DNA of 62,371 bases, counting the filler, from Stramenopiles sp. TOSAG23-6 (Eukaryota): assembly GCA_900128565.1 (NCBI GenBank). It is 26 parts of 26 records of this genome, joined end to end, with 100 filler letters (N's around TTAATTAATTAA, not from the genome) between each part and the next. Parts side by side here need not be neighbours in the genome. Positions count along the whole stretch, not along the records: positions 24,139 to 26,444 come from LT638143.1; positions 26,545 to 28,850 come from LT638144.1; positions 28,951 to 31,255 come from LT638145.1; positions 31,356 to 33,659 come from LT638146.1; positions 33,760 to 36,063 come from LT638147.1; positions 36,164 to 38,463 come from LT638148.1; 20 more parts are not named here. One strand, 5' to 3'. Below the pieces are notes generated by a model. That model did not search any database and was not told the DNA's origin. It worked only from the letters and a program-made list of their open reading frames with translations. The position numbers were made by a program, and so were the translations under genes. This document shows, piece by piece, positions 24,139 to 37,181 of this stretch (positions are counted from its first letter, which is position 1; each line of letters begins with the position of its first letter).

Positions 24139-26150
24139 TGTAGTAAACTCAGTCGATAATCCTTTAATAGTTACCTGAGCAACTTGTTCACATCCAGTGC
24201 TACGACGACGTACCTTGATTGTAGTATCCATCACTGAAGGTGTTTTCCTAATACCCGTTGCAGATGATGCAGGTGTTGACGCAGCTCCAACGACACAAGC
24301 CCCACGTGCAGTAATATTTGCAGCAGAATGACAACTTCCTCTTGACAAAAGAGGTTCAGTGAGTGTATGAGCTTGTACAGCAACTCTATGAGACCAAGAT
24401 CGTTCGGCTCTTAACCAGTTCACTTCATCAATCAATCGATATAATGCAGCAAGTCTTGCAGCAAATTCATTGTGTGGCGCTGGACTATAACTATAATTGA
24501 TTCCTAGAGTATTATTGGACTGTTGTTGAGAAATTGTTAGGTTTTGTTGATGAATATCTCTATCTTTTGAAGTACCAATTGTTTTTCTTCGCGATCTTCT
24601 TCGAGGTTCAGTTCGAGACTCCACATTATTATTATTATTATGATTATTATTAGATATATTTGAATTACTTGAGGGAGATCCTACAGATCTAGACCTAGAA
24701 AAACTACCATGTCGAATCCTTGCTATTGCAGGATTTGCTTTAATATTCATTCTTGCACGAGACAAATGAATAGACAAAGGTGTTCCTACTAGTCTGGAAC
24801 GACTACCTGGAGATTCACGTAGAGGTGAGCCTATTACAGCATCGTATTGGAGTCGTTTTGATACAAGTGAAAGATCGGGCGTACATGTTGAATTCAAATT
24901 TGTTTGTTTTGATGTTTTCGCATTCGTTGATAAAATAGTTAGATTTTCATCTGTATTTGCCAAATAATCACGAGTATTTGATCGAAGTACAACAAAACGT
25001 ATTTTTCTAGAATCTCTACATGCAACAACAAGTTGAGAAGGTCGAATAGCTTGTCGCTTTCTTGATAGTCTTGAAGATTTTGCAGCTCCACCAACGGGCA
25101 TGGGGGAATTCGCCTGTGGAAGACCATTTAGTTTAATTTTTGGATTTCCAATATTTGGTGTTCCTTTTATATCATTTTTTTTTATATTCGATGTAGCTTC
25201 ATCATTATTCAATGATTTTTTACGATTTTGACCAAACATTGGTTCATATGATGCAGGCAATTGTTTACTCTTTAAACGAATCCGGGATATACAACCCAAG
25301 GGAACAGATAAATGTGGTAAAGTTCCAGACGATATATTTTCACTTGATACCCATGAAGGAGATGCCTTATATGGAATAAATACAAGTCGAAAATCTGTGA
25401 GATAAAGAGTACCTGTATTTTTTGAGCATTGACCACCTAATGATACACACTCTACAGCAGCAAGAACAAGCTCTGACACAGGTGGTACATGTTCAATGAT
25501 TGATGGTTGTTCTGGTGTACTTGATGATGATGATTGGCATTTGGACGTTGCATCCGAAATAATATTTGTTGGAAGTCTTATTCGACCATATAATGGCCGA
25601 AACAAAGGCATTGTTGGTGGACACACTTCTGGCAAACAATTAAAACCATTGAAAGGACCCGTATCTGCGATGTGTGTGTTTTTAGTATTTACTCCTATCC
25701 ACTGTTGTCGTATACGAACATAACCGGAACGTCTATGATGATGTGATTTATGAAGATGTTGGCCATGATTTACTAAACCATGCCATTGATCCAGTGCTGC
25801 CGTATCACCAGGATGTGCTACAAATACACGACAACTACCCAAGAAATCATCTTTTGACAATCTATCACGATCAAAGACTTCTACAGTAAAAAAAGCGTTG
25901 TCTTCGAGAAGAGTGGCTGCTGTTGATAGCTTGAATGTCTCTCCCCATTCTGGACGAAGTGTACCACGTACTGTCTCCGTCTGTCCAAACTTTGTCAACT
26001 GACGCCCATCTGCAGTATAATCCGTCATATACAACTTAACAAATGGATCTGAAAAGGAAGCTCACGACCAGCAACAACAGTAATGACTAGTTCGGCATCC
26101 TCGGTTGTACCTTTGGAAGGCGTCCTTCGAGAATGATATGCTTCTCGCAT
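24139..26150 (-). CDS. C2 + PH-GRAM domain protein (myotubularin-like N-terminus), 3' truncated
   Basis: C2: SDPFVKLY...TETVRGTLRPEWGETF...VEVFDRDRLSKDDFLG. GRAM: GTLYLTDFRLVF...SVPLGCISRI. There is a 1-nt indel near 26055. Confidence 0.7.
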
Positions 26151-26544
26151 TGCTTACAATCTTTTAGTATCAAAACCTTTTCAGAAAACCCTTCAAAGAT
26201 GCATATCGTATCCAATGAGTGCACAATTTTCGAAGTAGAATGAATTGACATACACCCAAATGAGAAACAAAGTTTAACAAACACGACATAAATGACATGT
26301 CATATCAATTATTTATATCCATCATTTTTGATTTTTTGATGCATTTTTGATCGAGGTATTTTTTTGTGATTTCGTGTTTTTTAAAACAGTCAGCGTCGTT
26401 TGCTTTTACAAGTTGAGGTCTTACACAACAAACCAACGCAATAANNNNNNNNNNNNNNNNNNNNNNNNNNNNNNNNNNNNNNNNNNNNTTAATTAATTAA
26501 NNNNNNNNNNNNNNNNNNNNNNNNNNNNNNNNNNNNNNNNNNNN

Positions 26545-28805
26545 CTCACAATACTTGTGGCATCAAAGAAGTCCATCCAAAAACCCATCAGAGCGACAAA
26601 GTATACCTCATAAACACCCCACAGAACGTAGAGCAATTCGAATGGCAGCACAACAAAATCTTCCTAGTCAGCAAGCTCTCCGGCGCACAGTGTATGATTG
26701 TAGAGATCGACTTGGAAAAACGAAACTAACTCGACTCATGTATGTTTATTTTTTTTATTTTTTTTTAAATTTTTAAATTTTTTTTTTCGTACGAAATTTT
26801 GTACCTAACATTTTTTTCAAATTTTTTTTGAAATATTTTTCCAAAATACATTCCTCGTCAATGTCTAGCATTTGATTCACACTTTGAGTCAGGAAATCTT
26901 TTAAAAGCCGAACGAATTTTTAGAAGCCATCAGTATACAAAAATGAATGGCAACACAAGTAACACTGGATTTAGCACTGAAAGGCATGTAAGTTTTATTT
27001 TTTTTTTTTTTTTTTTAAAGTAAAATTTAGAATGGATAAATTTTTTTTTTTTTNNNNNNNNNNNNNNNNNNNNNNNNNNNNNNNNNNNNNNNNNNNNNNN
27101 NNNNNNNNNNNNNNNNNNNNNNTAACAAAAAATAATTTGAAATATTGTTTCACATTGCATTTATTTGGTTCTATTCAAAAACGATCATTACAGGATATGC
27201 ATTGGCTTAAGCCAATCCTACATTCTGATTCTAAAAACCCTAATTCTAATTCTATATTGAAAAAAACACAAAATAAACAAAATAAACAAAATAAACAAAA
27301 CACAGCATTTAGATCAGCTAACACTAACACTAATACAAACACTAATGAAAAAGCAAAAGATGCAATAGAAGTTCAAGAATATGATTTGACAATATCAGCT
27401 GATGTTGGCACTGAAAGACATGTATGTTTTATTTTGTTTTTGTTTTTGTGAAATATTTTTTTTTTTGGTACGAAATTTCATACCTAACAAAAAAAAATTT
27501 GAAATATTTTTCCAAAATACATGTGTTTTTTTTTTCTTTATTTACCGAAAAAAAAAAAAATTGTACCTAACGATTGTTTTTTTTTTTGAAATATTTTTCC
27601 AAAATACATGCTCAATTTAATTATGGCCAACGTCCAGTCTGTTACAGTTACACCGCAGCAATGACAAAAAGTAGAGGTTGGGAACCATGTGGATATAATA
27701 TTTCATATATTTCATCAAATGAAAGTAGCATAAGATGCAAAGTTCGTCGATACTGCCTCTGCTTTGATTATGAATTTCAACATCAAGGTGATAGCGAAGC
27801 ATGTTTTTTTGCGTTTAGTCCACCATATACATATACCGACATGCGAGCCACTCTAGGTGATATCATGAGCGACCCAGAAAGAGCTATGTATATAAAACAA
27901 CGTGAGTTGTGTACAACGTTAGCTGGTAATCATGTTGATATCTTGACAATTACAGCACCACATCAAAACAAAAAAAATATTGCTGAAAAAAATGATAAAG
28001 ATGAAACACAATTTAGAGCAAATAAACAAAACAACAAAAACATACCTGAAAATAATATAGATGAAACACAACATAGAGCAAATAAACAAAACAACAAAAA
28101 TATTGCTGAAAATAATAAAGATAAGACACAAATTTGGCCAATCATTCCTAGACAAGAAAGATTTATTGTCGTACTCACAGCACGGGTTCACCCTGGTGAA
28201 GCCAATGCTTCATTCGTAATGGAAGGTTTACTTTTATTCCTCACTGACCCTGATAATAAGGAGGCTAAACAACTACGAAATTGTATCGAGTTTCATGTCA
28301 TCCCAATGTTGAATCCAGACGGAGTCATCAATGGTAATTATCGATGTTCCTTGTCACGCGATGATCTCAATAGACAATACCAAAATCCATTGGAGTATTC
28401 TCACAAGCCTGTGTTTTACTTTAAACAAATGATGAAATCATTGAGTCTACTGCATTACCGTGGAAAGAGTAAACTTGCTTTTTATTGTGATTTTCATGGG
28501 CATTCTAGAAAAAATGAAGTTTTCATGTATGGCTGTGTTGATAAAAGAACATTGAGTAATCGCCCTGTGCCTTTACAGCCACTACCTTTAACTGTGCAGA
28601 CTCGTCCACAAACAGTAACAAAATCATCAAACCCTAACCCTAACCCTAAACCGAATTCTACAGATGAAGAAAAACAAACTCAATATACATTATCTCAAAA
28701 TAACACACCTGTTTTGAGCGCTGCACAAATAGCTAGGAAGCGTATCCGTTCGGAAAGACAAATGCGAGTTTTAGAACAAAACGAAAAAGACACTCAAATG
28801 TGGAT
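26545..28805 (+). CDS. Cytosolic carboxypeptidase (CCP/AGBL, M14 zinc peptidase, tubulin deglutamylase-type), internal part
   Basis: FDSHFESGNL, QEYDL, PPYTYTD, ARVHPGE, PMLNPDGVINGNYRC, DLNR, DFHGHS. Confidence 0.92.
27963..28132 (+). repeat. In-frame ~60-nt tandem repeat (about 3 copies) within the carboxypeptidase
   Basis: NKKNIAEKNDKDETQFRANKQ / NNKNIPENNIDETQHRANKQ / NNKNIAENNKDKTQ. Confidence 0.8.
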
Positions 28806-28809
28806 GTAT

Positions 28810-28850
<41 letters not shown>

Positions 28851-29009
28851 NNNNNNNNNNNNNNNNNNNNNNNNNNNNNNNNNNNNNNNNNNNNTTAATT
28901 AATTAANNNNNNNNNNNNNNNNNNNNNNNNNNNNNNNNNNNNNNNNNNNNTTAGGTACAAAATTTCGTATGAAAAAAAAATAAATTTGAAATTCATGATG
29001 AAAACGTAC

Positions 29010-29691
29010 ATACAAACTGAACACGATCCAATTTCCAATTTTTTTTTTTTACGTGCAACGTGATCACTACCAGTACTACCAGTAAAGACTGCTTTTGGTG
29101 TAACGAAATGTTCAACTTTATTTGTTACTTTTGTACTTTGATCGATTGTATTACGTGTCAAAAAAAATCAAAACATTTGTTAGGTACAAAATTTCCTATA
29201 AAAAAAAATTGAAAATTTGAAATTCATGATGAAAACGTAATTAAAGTAAATCGAGGTGCAAGTGAAAATGTATTCAATGTATTTGAAAATCTTTGATCAT
29301 AATCCAATGATAGTCTATCTCTAATTGCTACGAGAAGATCTGAGGAATCTTTCTTAGTCGGCATATTGGAAAACAATTTGACTGAGGAATTTATAATAGA
29401 TGATTCATTTGAACTTTTCTTAGTAATAGACTGCTTAAACCGAGTTTCATCTTGTTTTCTTTCATCTATTGAACGTCTTGTAATTTCCTTCTTAAGCGAT
29501 AATAGAGAAATTAACTCTTTCTTAATACCCATCAGTGTTGCAGCATTTCGATTAATAGCATCACTCCGATCCTGAATTTCCTGTTGCTGTCGCCGTAATA
29601 TACTTTCTATATTCTCTTGTGCTAGGAGTTGAGGGATTGTTCCGCTTGTAAACAAACAAAATATACCACAGAGTAAATATAGCCAAATCAT
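29010..29691 (-). CDS. Signal-peptide/anchor coiled-coil protein, 5' part (intron 29146-29240, TT...AA)
   Basis: Hydrophobic N-terminus; PRFTL|IDQSTK joins in frame. Confidence 0.55.
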
Positions 29692-29960
29692 AGCGTCTCA
29701 GTTCTAAGCTAGTACAGATTTTACTTTTATTATTACTAGCCGCATTGGGTGTGTAATCTAGTTGAGTAGAGACAGACTACTACGTAGTAGTACTACTAGT
29801 GCCAGAGGAGCGTGCTATATTTTCCGAGTTTTTTGAATTTAAATTTTCAAATTGTAGTAGTAACATTCCCTTGGTTTACACTGGTAACATCGTATACTTG
29901 TTACATGACTGTACTCTAAATAAAGATTCATCAATAAAAAATATGAAAGAATACATTGTA

Positions 29961-30910
29961 ATGAGTTTTATATGGGTAATAATGCTATTGCCAGCTTCGG
30001 TATTGAGTATGAAATGCGCGGGAGAAACATGGCATCCTCCTGAGGATTGGACAAAATTGGACAAATCCTGCAGTTATAAAAAGAGCTCTTCGGATGACTG
30101 CAGAGATCAAGAAAAGTTTATGCATGGCTGTCGATGTGGTCAAATGATATGGATGTATGTACTTATCTATAATACGTTTCAGTTTCAGTTTTTGTTTTTT
30201 CTTTCTCTCTTCACTGATTACAAGAAGAAAATGCTCGAAAAGATTTTGAAAAGAAAATGAGTTCTTGAACCTATGCCTAACTTCTATACATGAATGAATA
30301 TATATAACACATAATCGAGCTTTACAATATAGTGGGCAAACTACTCCTGGAAGTGGTGTGTATTCCCTCCAAGGAATTTGTGATTACTGGTTGTCTCAGG
30401 AAGTTATTTCTTTTTACTGCTTAAGCACGTGTACGTTTTCAACATCAATGTAGAATTTATTTTTTCATACGAAATTCCGTACATAACATTTTTTTCCATT
30501 TTTTTTCCATTTTTTTTCACAATACATGTAAGACACTGGCAATCAAAATTGAAAGTATCTTATCTCTTGCCATTACCCCTGGCGACGCTGCACCATATAT
30601 TGACTTTAGCTCGGCAAAATCAAATATTTCAAAAATCTGCTGTACATTTAAATCTAGAACTAGTAAAATTATCCCAATAAAATTGTCAAATCGACCTGGA
30701 TTTGGTCCTTATGAATTTATCGAAAATTCTTCTGTTTTGTATCCAAACCCTAACCCTAATGAACCAGAATATACCATTTGGATGGATAAAAAAGATACTC
30801 TTTGGATGGATAAAAAAAATAATTGGAAACCATTACCCATTATTCCTAAAAGTTCTACATTAATTCCTCCAGAATTTACACTTCGAGATTGGGCAACTCA
30901 GCATACATAA
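29961..30910 (+). CDS. Small secreted Cys-rich protein (exons 29961-30154, 30333-30430, 30528-30910)
   Basis: Signal peptide MSFIWVIMLLPASVLS. One GT-AG and one GT-AT intron give a continuous frame to the TAA at 30910. Confidence 0.65.
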
Positions 30911-31355
30911 AAGCGACTCATCAAAAAATCAGAAAAATCAGAAAACCTCAAAAATCAGAAAAACAAAAGTTTTGGATTTAGATTTCAAAAATCAGAAAAA
31001 CAAGAGTTTTGGATTTAGATTTCATTTCGAGATTACAATATATCCAAAAAAAATACAAAAAAATCAAACATCAGAAAAATAAACATTCTCTATTTAAATC
31101 TTTACATCAGAAAAATGAATATTCTTTATTTAAGTCTTTTTTCAGAAAAATAAATATTCTTTGTATTACTTGGAGTTTTACATTTAAAATACACCGATAT
31201 ATGTATTTTGGAAAAATATTTGAAAAAAAAATCGTTAGGTACAAAATTTCGTACGNNNNNNNNNNNNNNNNNNNNNNNNNNNNNNNNNNNNNNNNNNNNT
31301 TAATTAATTAANNNNNNNNNNNNNNNNNNNNNNNNNNNNNNNNNNNNNNNNNNNN

Positions 31356-32313
31356 GTATAGTGACATTGAGATTGTGGCAAAAAAGATTATTTCGTGTGG
31401 TGGTCTTGAAAAATAATTGATAATATCATAATGAAAACAAACATGTTTTTTTGACCATGGATGGTTCAAAATAGTACCTAACAATTCACTCCTAAAGTAT
31501 GAAATATTATCTTTACTTTGTTCATTCATTATTTCATCCGTACCAAATTTCATACCTAAAGAATTTAGGTTAGGGTTAGGGTTACAATTAGGGTTAGGGT
31601 TCAATTGAATTGGATTTCTACAAAAATTATTTTTTGCTGTTGCTAATAGAGTTGGGATTAAATCTAAGCAACGGACATCAGCTTTATCATGAATATTTGA
31701 TGACAAAATTGGTTCTAAAATAATATTGGAAATAAAATAGTAATCAAATCCATTTGACGGTAGAATACAATATATACAACATTCTGAAATTCGTTAGGTA
31801 CGGAATTTTCTATACAAAAAAAAAAAAAAAAATAAAAAAAAAAAAAAAAAAAAAAAAAATAAATGTACAATTCGAACGTACAGATCTTGAGCACTTTGTT
31901 GTGTGATATTCCTCTCGAGAATCAATAGTAGCATATTTGTCATTACTCTGAGGTTGTGATTTCTCATTACATTTTTGGCTTTGTTGACAAAGACAGAGGT
32001 GTAGCTCTGACATGAACAATATTCCTAGTCTACCGTCAATGAGTTGATTTTGTAATGCCTTGACCGATACAACAAAAGCTTTTTGCTGAGTTCTTCGAAC
32101 AGACAACAAGATTCGGAGTAGCTTGATTCGGTCGTCTGATGATATTTCATTTTGAAATAGATGCTCCGATTCTGAATCTTTATCGCTTGATCTGGTACTG
32201 TTACCACTTAGATGACTGAATAAGTCATTTACGTGCTTCTCGCTCAATAGATCAACATATGCAGTAATATCACTAGACTTTGTCTTTTGGAGTAAAGACT
32301 NTACCAGATTCAT
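31356..32313 (-). CDS. Hypothetical protein, 5' part (intron 31769-31868, GT...TT)
   Basis: VRSN|CILPSNG joins in frame with the ORF ending in the gap. Confidence 0.5.
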
Positions 32314-32718
32314 CACAAAATTTAATTTATGTAGGACAGAGTGTGTTCAATTAAAAGTACAAACACTATTAAGTTAATTGAAAAGATATTTCAAACTCAT
32401 CCAAATAGTATTATCTTTACTTGGACAAATGAATATTTCAACATTTGTGTGTGTGGGCAAGAGAATCGAAATTGTATTTATAGGTTGTTGTTGATTGATG
32501 ATTAGGCTGATTTGAGATTCAAAAACTGACACGTGGCAAAAAATCGCCAGCGCAGTACTACTACTGTATAAAGTAGTACTACTCTACTAAAAAAAAACAC
32601 TACCGCACCTATATACAAAACTTGTGTAAAATATACCCAAAATGACCATATAAAACATATAAACATATAAACATATATAATAAAGTTAAAAGAGTAGGTA
32701 TACGCACATCTTCAGTCG

Positions 32719-33571
32719 ATGTTTCCAGTATTTGCCACTAGACGTGTATCTCATATCGTCCGTCGTTGCTTTTCCACAAAAATCGGCTGGAACAATTCGA
32801 CCAAACATCTAAAAGAAAAAAGTGCTCCTACTGTGTGCATTGGCATTTCTGGAGGTGTAGACTCCTCCGTGGCTGCGTTGTTATTAAAGAGACAAGGTTA
32901 TAATGTAATTGGTGTACATATGACTAACTGGGATAGTTCAGATGAAGAAGGTCATAATGAGGTCACGAAATCTGGGAATTGTTCTCAAACGGAGGACTTA
33001 AAAATGGCTCAAAAAGTCTGTCGTCAACTCGATATCCCATTACATAAAGTAAATTTTGTTTCTGAATACTGGAATGAAGTATTTGAGCCATTTATTCATG
33101 GATATCGCTGTGGTGCCACTCCAAATCCGGATGTCTGGTGTAACCGACATGTCAAATTCAAACCATTTTTAAAACACTGCATTAAAAAACTTGGAGCAGA
33201 TTTCATTGCTACTGGGCATTATGCTAGATTACAGTATCCAAGTTCAATTGCACCACCAAGATGTCCTGTACACATTGAACGGATAGACACAGAAATTAAT
33301 ACTGTCGATAAAATTGATAAAAATACAAAAAAGTGTTTTACAACAACTGATTCAATTCGAAATGTGACACGAAATGTGACACTTTTATCTGGGATCGATG
33401 CCAAAAAAGATCAAAGTTACTTTTTATGTGCAGTTCCAGATGAGGCACTTGCAAAATGTATTTTCCCCCTTGGCCATCTCACAAAATTAGAAGTACGTAA
33501 TATAGCTGAGAGCGAAGGTCTATCCAATGCCAAGCGTAAAGACAGTTATGGTTTATGTTTTGTAGGCAAAC
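32719..33571 (+). CDS. mnmA: Mitochondrial tRNA 2-thiouridylase MnmA/TRMU, exon 1
   Basis: SGGVDSSVAA, TPNPDVWCNRHVKF, IATGHYAR, KDQSYFL, KDSYGLCFVGKR. Confidence 0.96.
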
Positions 33572-33759
33572 GTATGTTGTACAAAAATATTTTTTTTTTT
33601 TTTTTTTTTTTTTACGAAATTTTATACCTAAAAAAATTTTTAAATTTTTTTAATTTTTTNNNNNNNNNNNNNNNNNNNNNNNNNNNNNNNNNNNNNNNNN
33701 NNNTTAATTAATTAANNNNNNNNNNNNNNNNNNNNNNNNNNNNNNNNNNNNNNNNNNNN

Positions 33760-35126
33760 AGGTCTTTGCAGGAGTATCATTTGGAGTTGTTTAATACTAA
33801 TGTTGCATGGGCAGTTACTCTTTGCTCACTTATTTGCCTCTTTCATGTACTTATGATAAGTTGTTTTCAAGACCGCGAATTTTCTATAAGGAAAAAGAAT
33901 CGCATACATATTATTTCCGATGAAAATGAATCAAATGGCAAAGTTCCTAAGGTGTCCAAACAAAACTTATTTATTGAAAATCCCAAATCAACCAGTAAAC
34001 TAAGTAAAAAAATTTCGATGAGGAAGTCATTAAGGAAGAAAATAAGAGAGAAATAAAGACAGGTCATGAAGAAATTGAAATTATTCATCTTGGTTCCTTT
34101 CCATCACTAACGTCATTTCCATCAAAAAATCTTAATGGGCGCAAGACTCGAACAATAACAAGAAACTCCACTTATAAATTAGGATCAATAGAAGGAAAAT
34201 CTGGGAACTTTTGTGAAGAATTAAAGATAAAACGCAAATCAACTATTAGTGAAAGAATTGCAATTTATCTTCCTGACGCAGAGAAAAGGCTTGTCGGCCC
34301 CGATGGTTCATTTGTCAGGAAATCTGCGTTTACTATTGTACACGATCGCTTAAAAGAAAGCAAATTTCCAAGATATGAAGTTCTCATACTATTAATTGTA
34401 TTTCAAGGGATTGGGGAATCAATGACAGCAAATTTGTTCAATGGTTATGTAGATGGATTAGTCATTCTTGTTTTAGGAATATTTATACTTGTTTATATTG
34501 GTGGGTTCATGATTATGGCAACATACAAGATATACAGGGAAATTTGGAAAGAAAACAATGCTCGCGCTGTTTGGGATAAAACAGAACGTGAATGGGTTGA
34601 TGCTACCGGTGACACAAACAATGGTTATGTCCAAAAGTGGGGTCCTTTATTTGAAGATTTCAGAAGGGAAAAGGGTGCCATATTTTTCCTTGTTCTTGTT
34701 TTGCTACCGTTGCAGTTGGCTCGTGGAATTTGTATAGGCTGCTTTAAGGGCGAACATCAGAGTGGACAACAAGCTTGGTCTCTCATTTTTCTTTTTGGAC
34801 TGGAAGCGCTGTGTTACATTATATGGCAACCTCTCGGTACAGGGGTTGACAATATGTTATGTGCATTGACTTCTGTTGAAATGATTGTAATTACAGCACT
34901 CTCGTTTGTTCCAATAGACGCCAATACAAATGCTATTCCAAATTGGACACAGCAGCTAATGCTTCTCATGGCGCTACTTTGTATTTTGCTCCATATTTTA
35001 GCCGCACTTGTTGTACACAAGAAAGGAATTAGAAAATGTTGTTCTAAGACTAAACATAAAGCAAAGAAAAATTTGAGACGTTTAACTACTTTTTCAGTCA
35101 AAAGAAAAATATCATCTGCAAATTAG
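33760..35126 (+). CDS. Multi-pass membrane protein C-terminus (one poly-A indel near 34010)
   Basis: Several TM segments and a WGPLFEDFR motif typical of TRP-like C-terminal TM domains in protists. Confidence 0.55.
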
Positions 35127-35281
35127 AAGAATTGTTCGAGAAGGAAAGCGAAAATATCGCCATAAACCTTTATCAAGTACAAGAAAGATATGTATACATG
35201 TACTACTATTTTTTTGTTAGGTACAAAATTTCGTACGAAAACAAAAATTGTCCTCTTGTTGTATGAGACATTTTTAAAATA

Positions 35282-35473
35282 TCAATCTAGTTTTAGTTCG
35301 CCCAATAGATGATCTGCTTCGAGTGGTTTGAAGAATTTTAATACATGCTCTTTTTTTACATCCTCAATATGTCTAGCACTCCAACACGGTTTATTATCTT
35401 TATCAATGAGAACAGCACGAATTCCTTCCTGGAAATCTGAAAAAGGTTGGGCATTCAATACAAATCTTTGAGC
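35282..35473 (-). pseudogene. HIBCH: Orphan C-terminal fragment of 3-hydroxyisobutyryl-CoA hydrolase
   Basis: AQRFVLNAQPFSDFQEGIRAVLIDKDNKPCWSARHIEDVKKEHVLKFFKPL...LKLD*. There is no upstream HIBCH sequence, and it overlaps the end of the Sel1-MYND ORF. Confidence 0.75.
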
Positions 35474-36063
35474 ACGTTAGGGTCAGGTGTTATTCCATAC
35501 GTTTCGCTTCTTGCAATAATTTTTCTCATATCTTCTAAAGTTTGTTCTTGTACGCGTTTCTTGGCGGCTTCATCCATCGGTTTCGGAGGACACAAGATAG
35601 TATTTTTACCACAGACCTGTTTATGTTGTCGCCATTGCTTCTTTTGGCAAGCGCTACTACAATACCAACACTCTTTACATCGAGTACAAACTAAAAGATT
35701 CACTGAGTTTTCTTTTGTGCTTCTTTTGTAACAAGTTGCGCAGAATTCATTGGAATTACTAAATTTTCTCCCAAACAATCCATCGTTTTGAAAGTCACTC
35801 AACTGTGCTTTCGCTTTATGATAACCAAGCGACGCAGACCTTCGCCACCAATACAGTGCAAGGTCAAAATTTTCTCTCTCCATTCCCATGCCTTCTGCAT
35901 AAAAATAAGCAAGGTTATTTTGTGCCCGAACATGATCTAATGGTGCAGCACGTTTGAAGAAATCAAGTGCCTTTTGTAAGTCTCTAGGGACGCCTATAGC
36001 ATCCCTGTGTTGACAACCTAAGTTATACAACGAACCAGCATCATTTTTCTCTGCTGCGAGATT
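35455..36063 (-). CDS. Sel1-repeat + MYND zinc-finger protein, C-terminal part
   Basis: AQNNLAYFYAEGMG, ALYWWRRSASLG, CATC...CTRCKECWYCSSACQKKQWRQHKQVC. Confidence 0.88.
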   Translation of the reverse strand, partial: NLAAEKNDAGSLYNLGCQHRDAIGVPRDLQKALDFFKRAAPLDHVRAQNNLAYFYAEGMGMERENFDLALYWWRRSASLGYHKAKAQLSDFQNDGLFGRKFSNSNEFCATCYKRSTKENSVNLLVCTRCKECWYCSSACQKKQWRQHKQVCGKNTILCPPKPMDEAAKKRVQEQTLEDMRKIIARSETYGITPDPNVLKDLY

Positions 36064-36215
36064 NNNNNNNNNNNNNNNNNNNNNNNNNNNNNNNNNNNNN
36101 NNNNNNNTTAATTAATTAANNNNNNNNNNNNNNNNNNNNNNNNNNNNNNNNNNNNNNNNNNNNACAAAATTTCGTACGAAAAAAAAAATCGAATTTGAAA
36201 AAACATAAAACATAC

Positions 36216-36904
36216 ATTGCAGATCGTTGCCCACCGATTTTAATTTGTAAATCATGTTTTGTACCAGTTCCGGGCGGAGTATTACATAGTACGATATCAG
36301 TTTCACTGTCAGAAATAGTACATTGTTTTGCCACTTGATATATTTCTGAGGCATTTTTGTCTCCTGCATGGGTATACAAAATTGTCACTGGATTAGATGC
36401 AACTTTAGGTCCAATATTTTTGACGCTAATCTTTATTTTTGCACTACCATCAGTTGGTATTACTTTTGTACCAATTACACCATGAACTGTAGGCCGAAAA
36501 TAACTTGTCGTGGTTCCTCCTTCGTTTGAAGAAGTATTGGCCGTTTTGTCATGAATTTTCCAAGTATGACTGTGACCTACTCCTGGTACTGTTGTACATT
36601 CAAGAGTGTATCCACTTGTTGCCTTTATAGTACAGGGAGCCGTGAATGGTCCTGCCGCCAAACCACTTAAATTTGTGTTATAATACGTTGCATAATATTC
36701 GTGATCCTTGATAAATTCCTGGTAATCTTCACACCCTTCACAATCGACTTTGTTTGATACTCCATACATTTCAACAATTTCTCCACCTTCAACGGATAAC
36801 CATCCTCTACTTCCATGATCACTAACATATAATACAATGCCATGTCCTACATGTATTGATATCAACAATAGAATGTACAACAGATAATGCGATAAAAAAG
36901 ACAT
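36216..36904 (-). CDS. Secreted/surface protein with IPT/TIG-like repeats, exon 1
   Basis: Signal peptide; repeated CTTVPGVG..W and CNTPPGTG..L.I.IGGQ.S units. Confidence 0.6.
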
Positions 36905-37181
36905 TTGATCTTTTGCACAGTTTGTTTGTTTGTTTTGGTAAAAATATGGAGAGAGAGAAGAAGAAGAGAGAAGAAGAGAGAGCGAGCTCGAAATTTCGAA
37001 ATTTTTCAAATTTTCATGAAATTTTCATGAAATTTTCGATGTTTTGTTTTTTCGTGTAATAAAAAAAATTGTGACCGAACATCAACTGATTCGATTAGAT
37101 TCTAAGATTCATCAGATTTCAAAATTGTTAGAATTTGGTCTCCTTTCTTTCAAGAGTAAAGATTTTTTTTAATATTTGATA

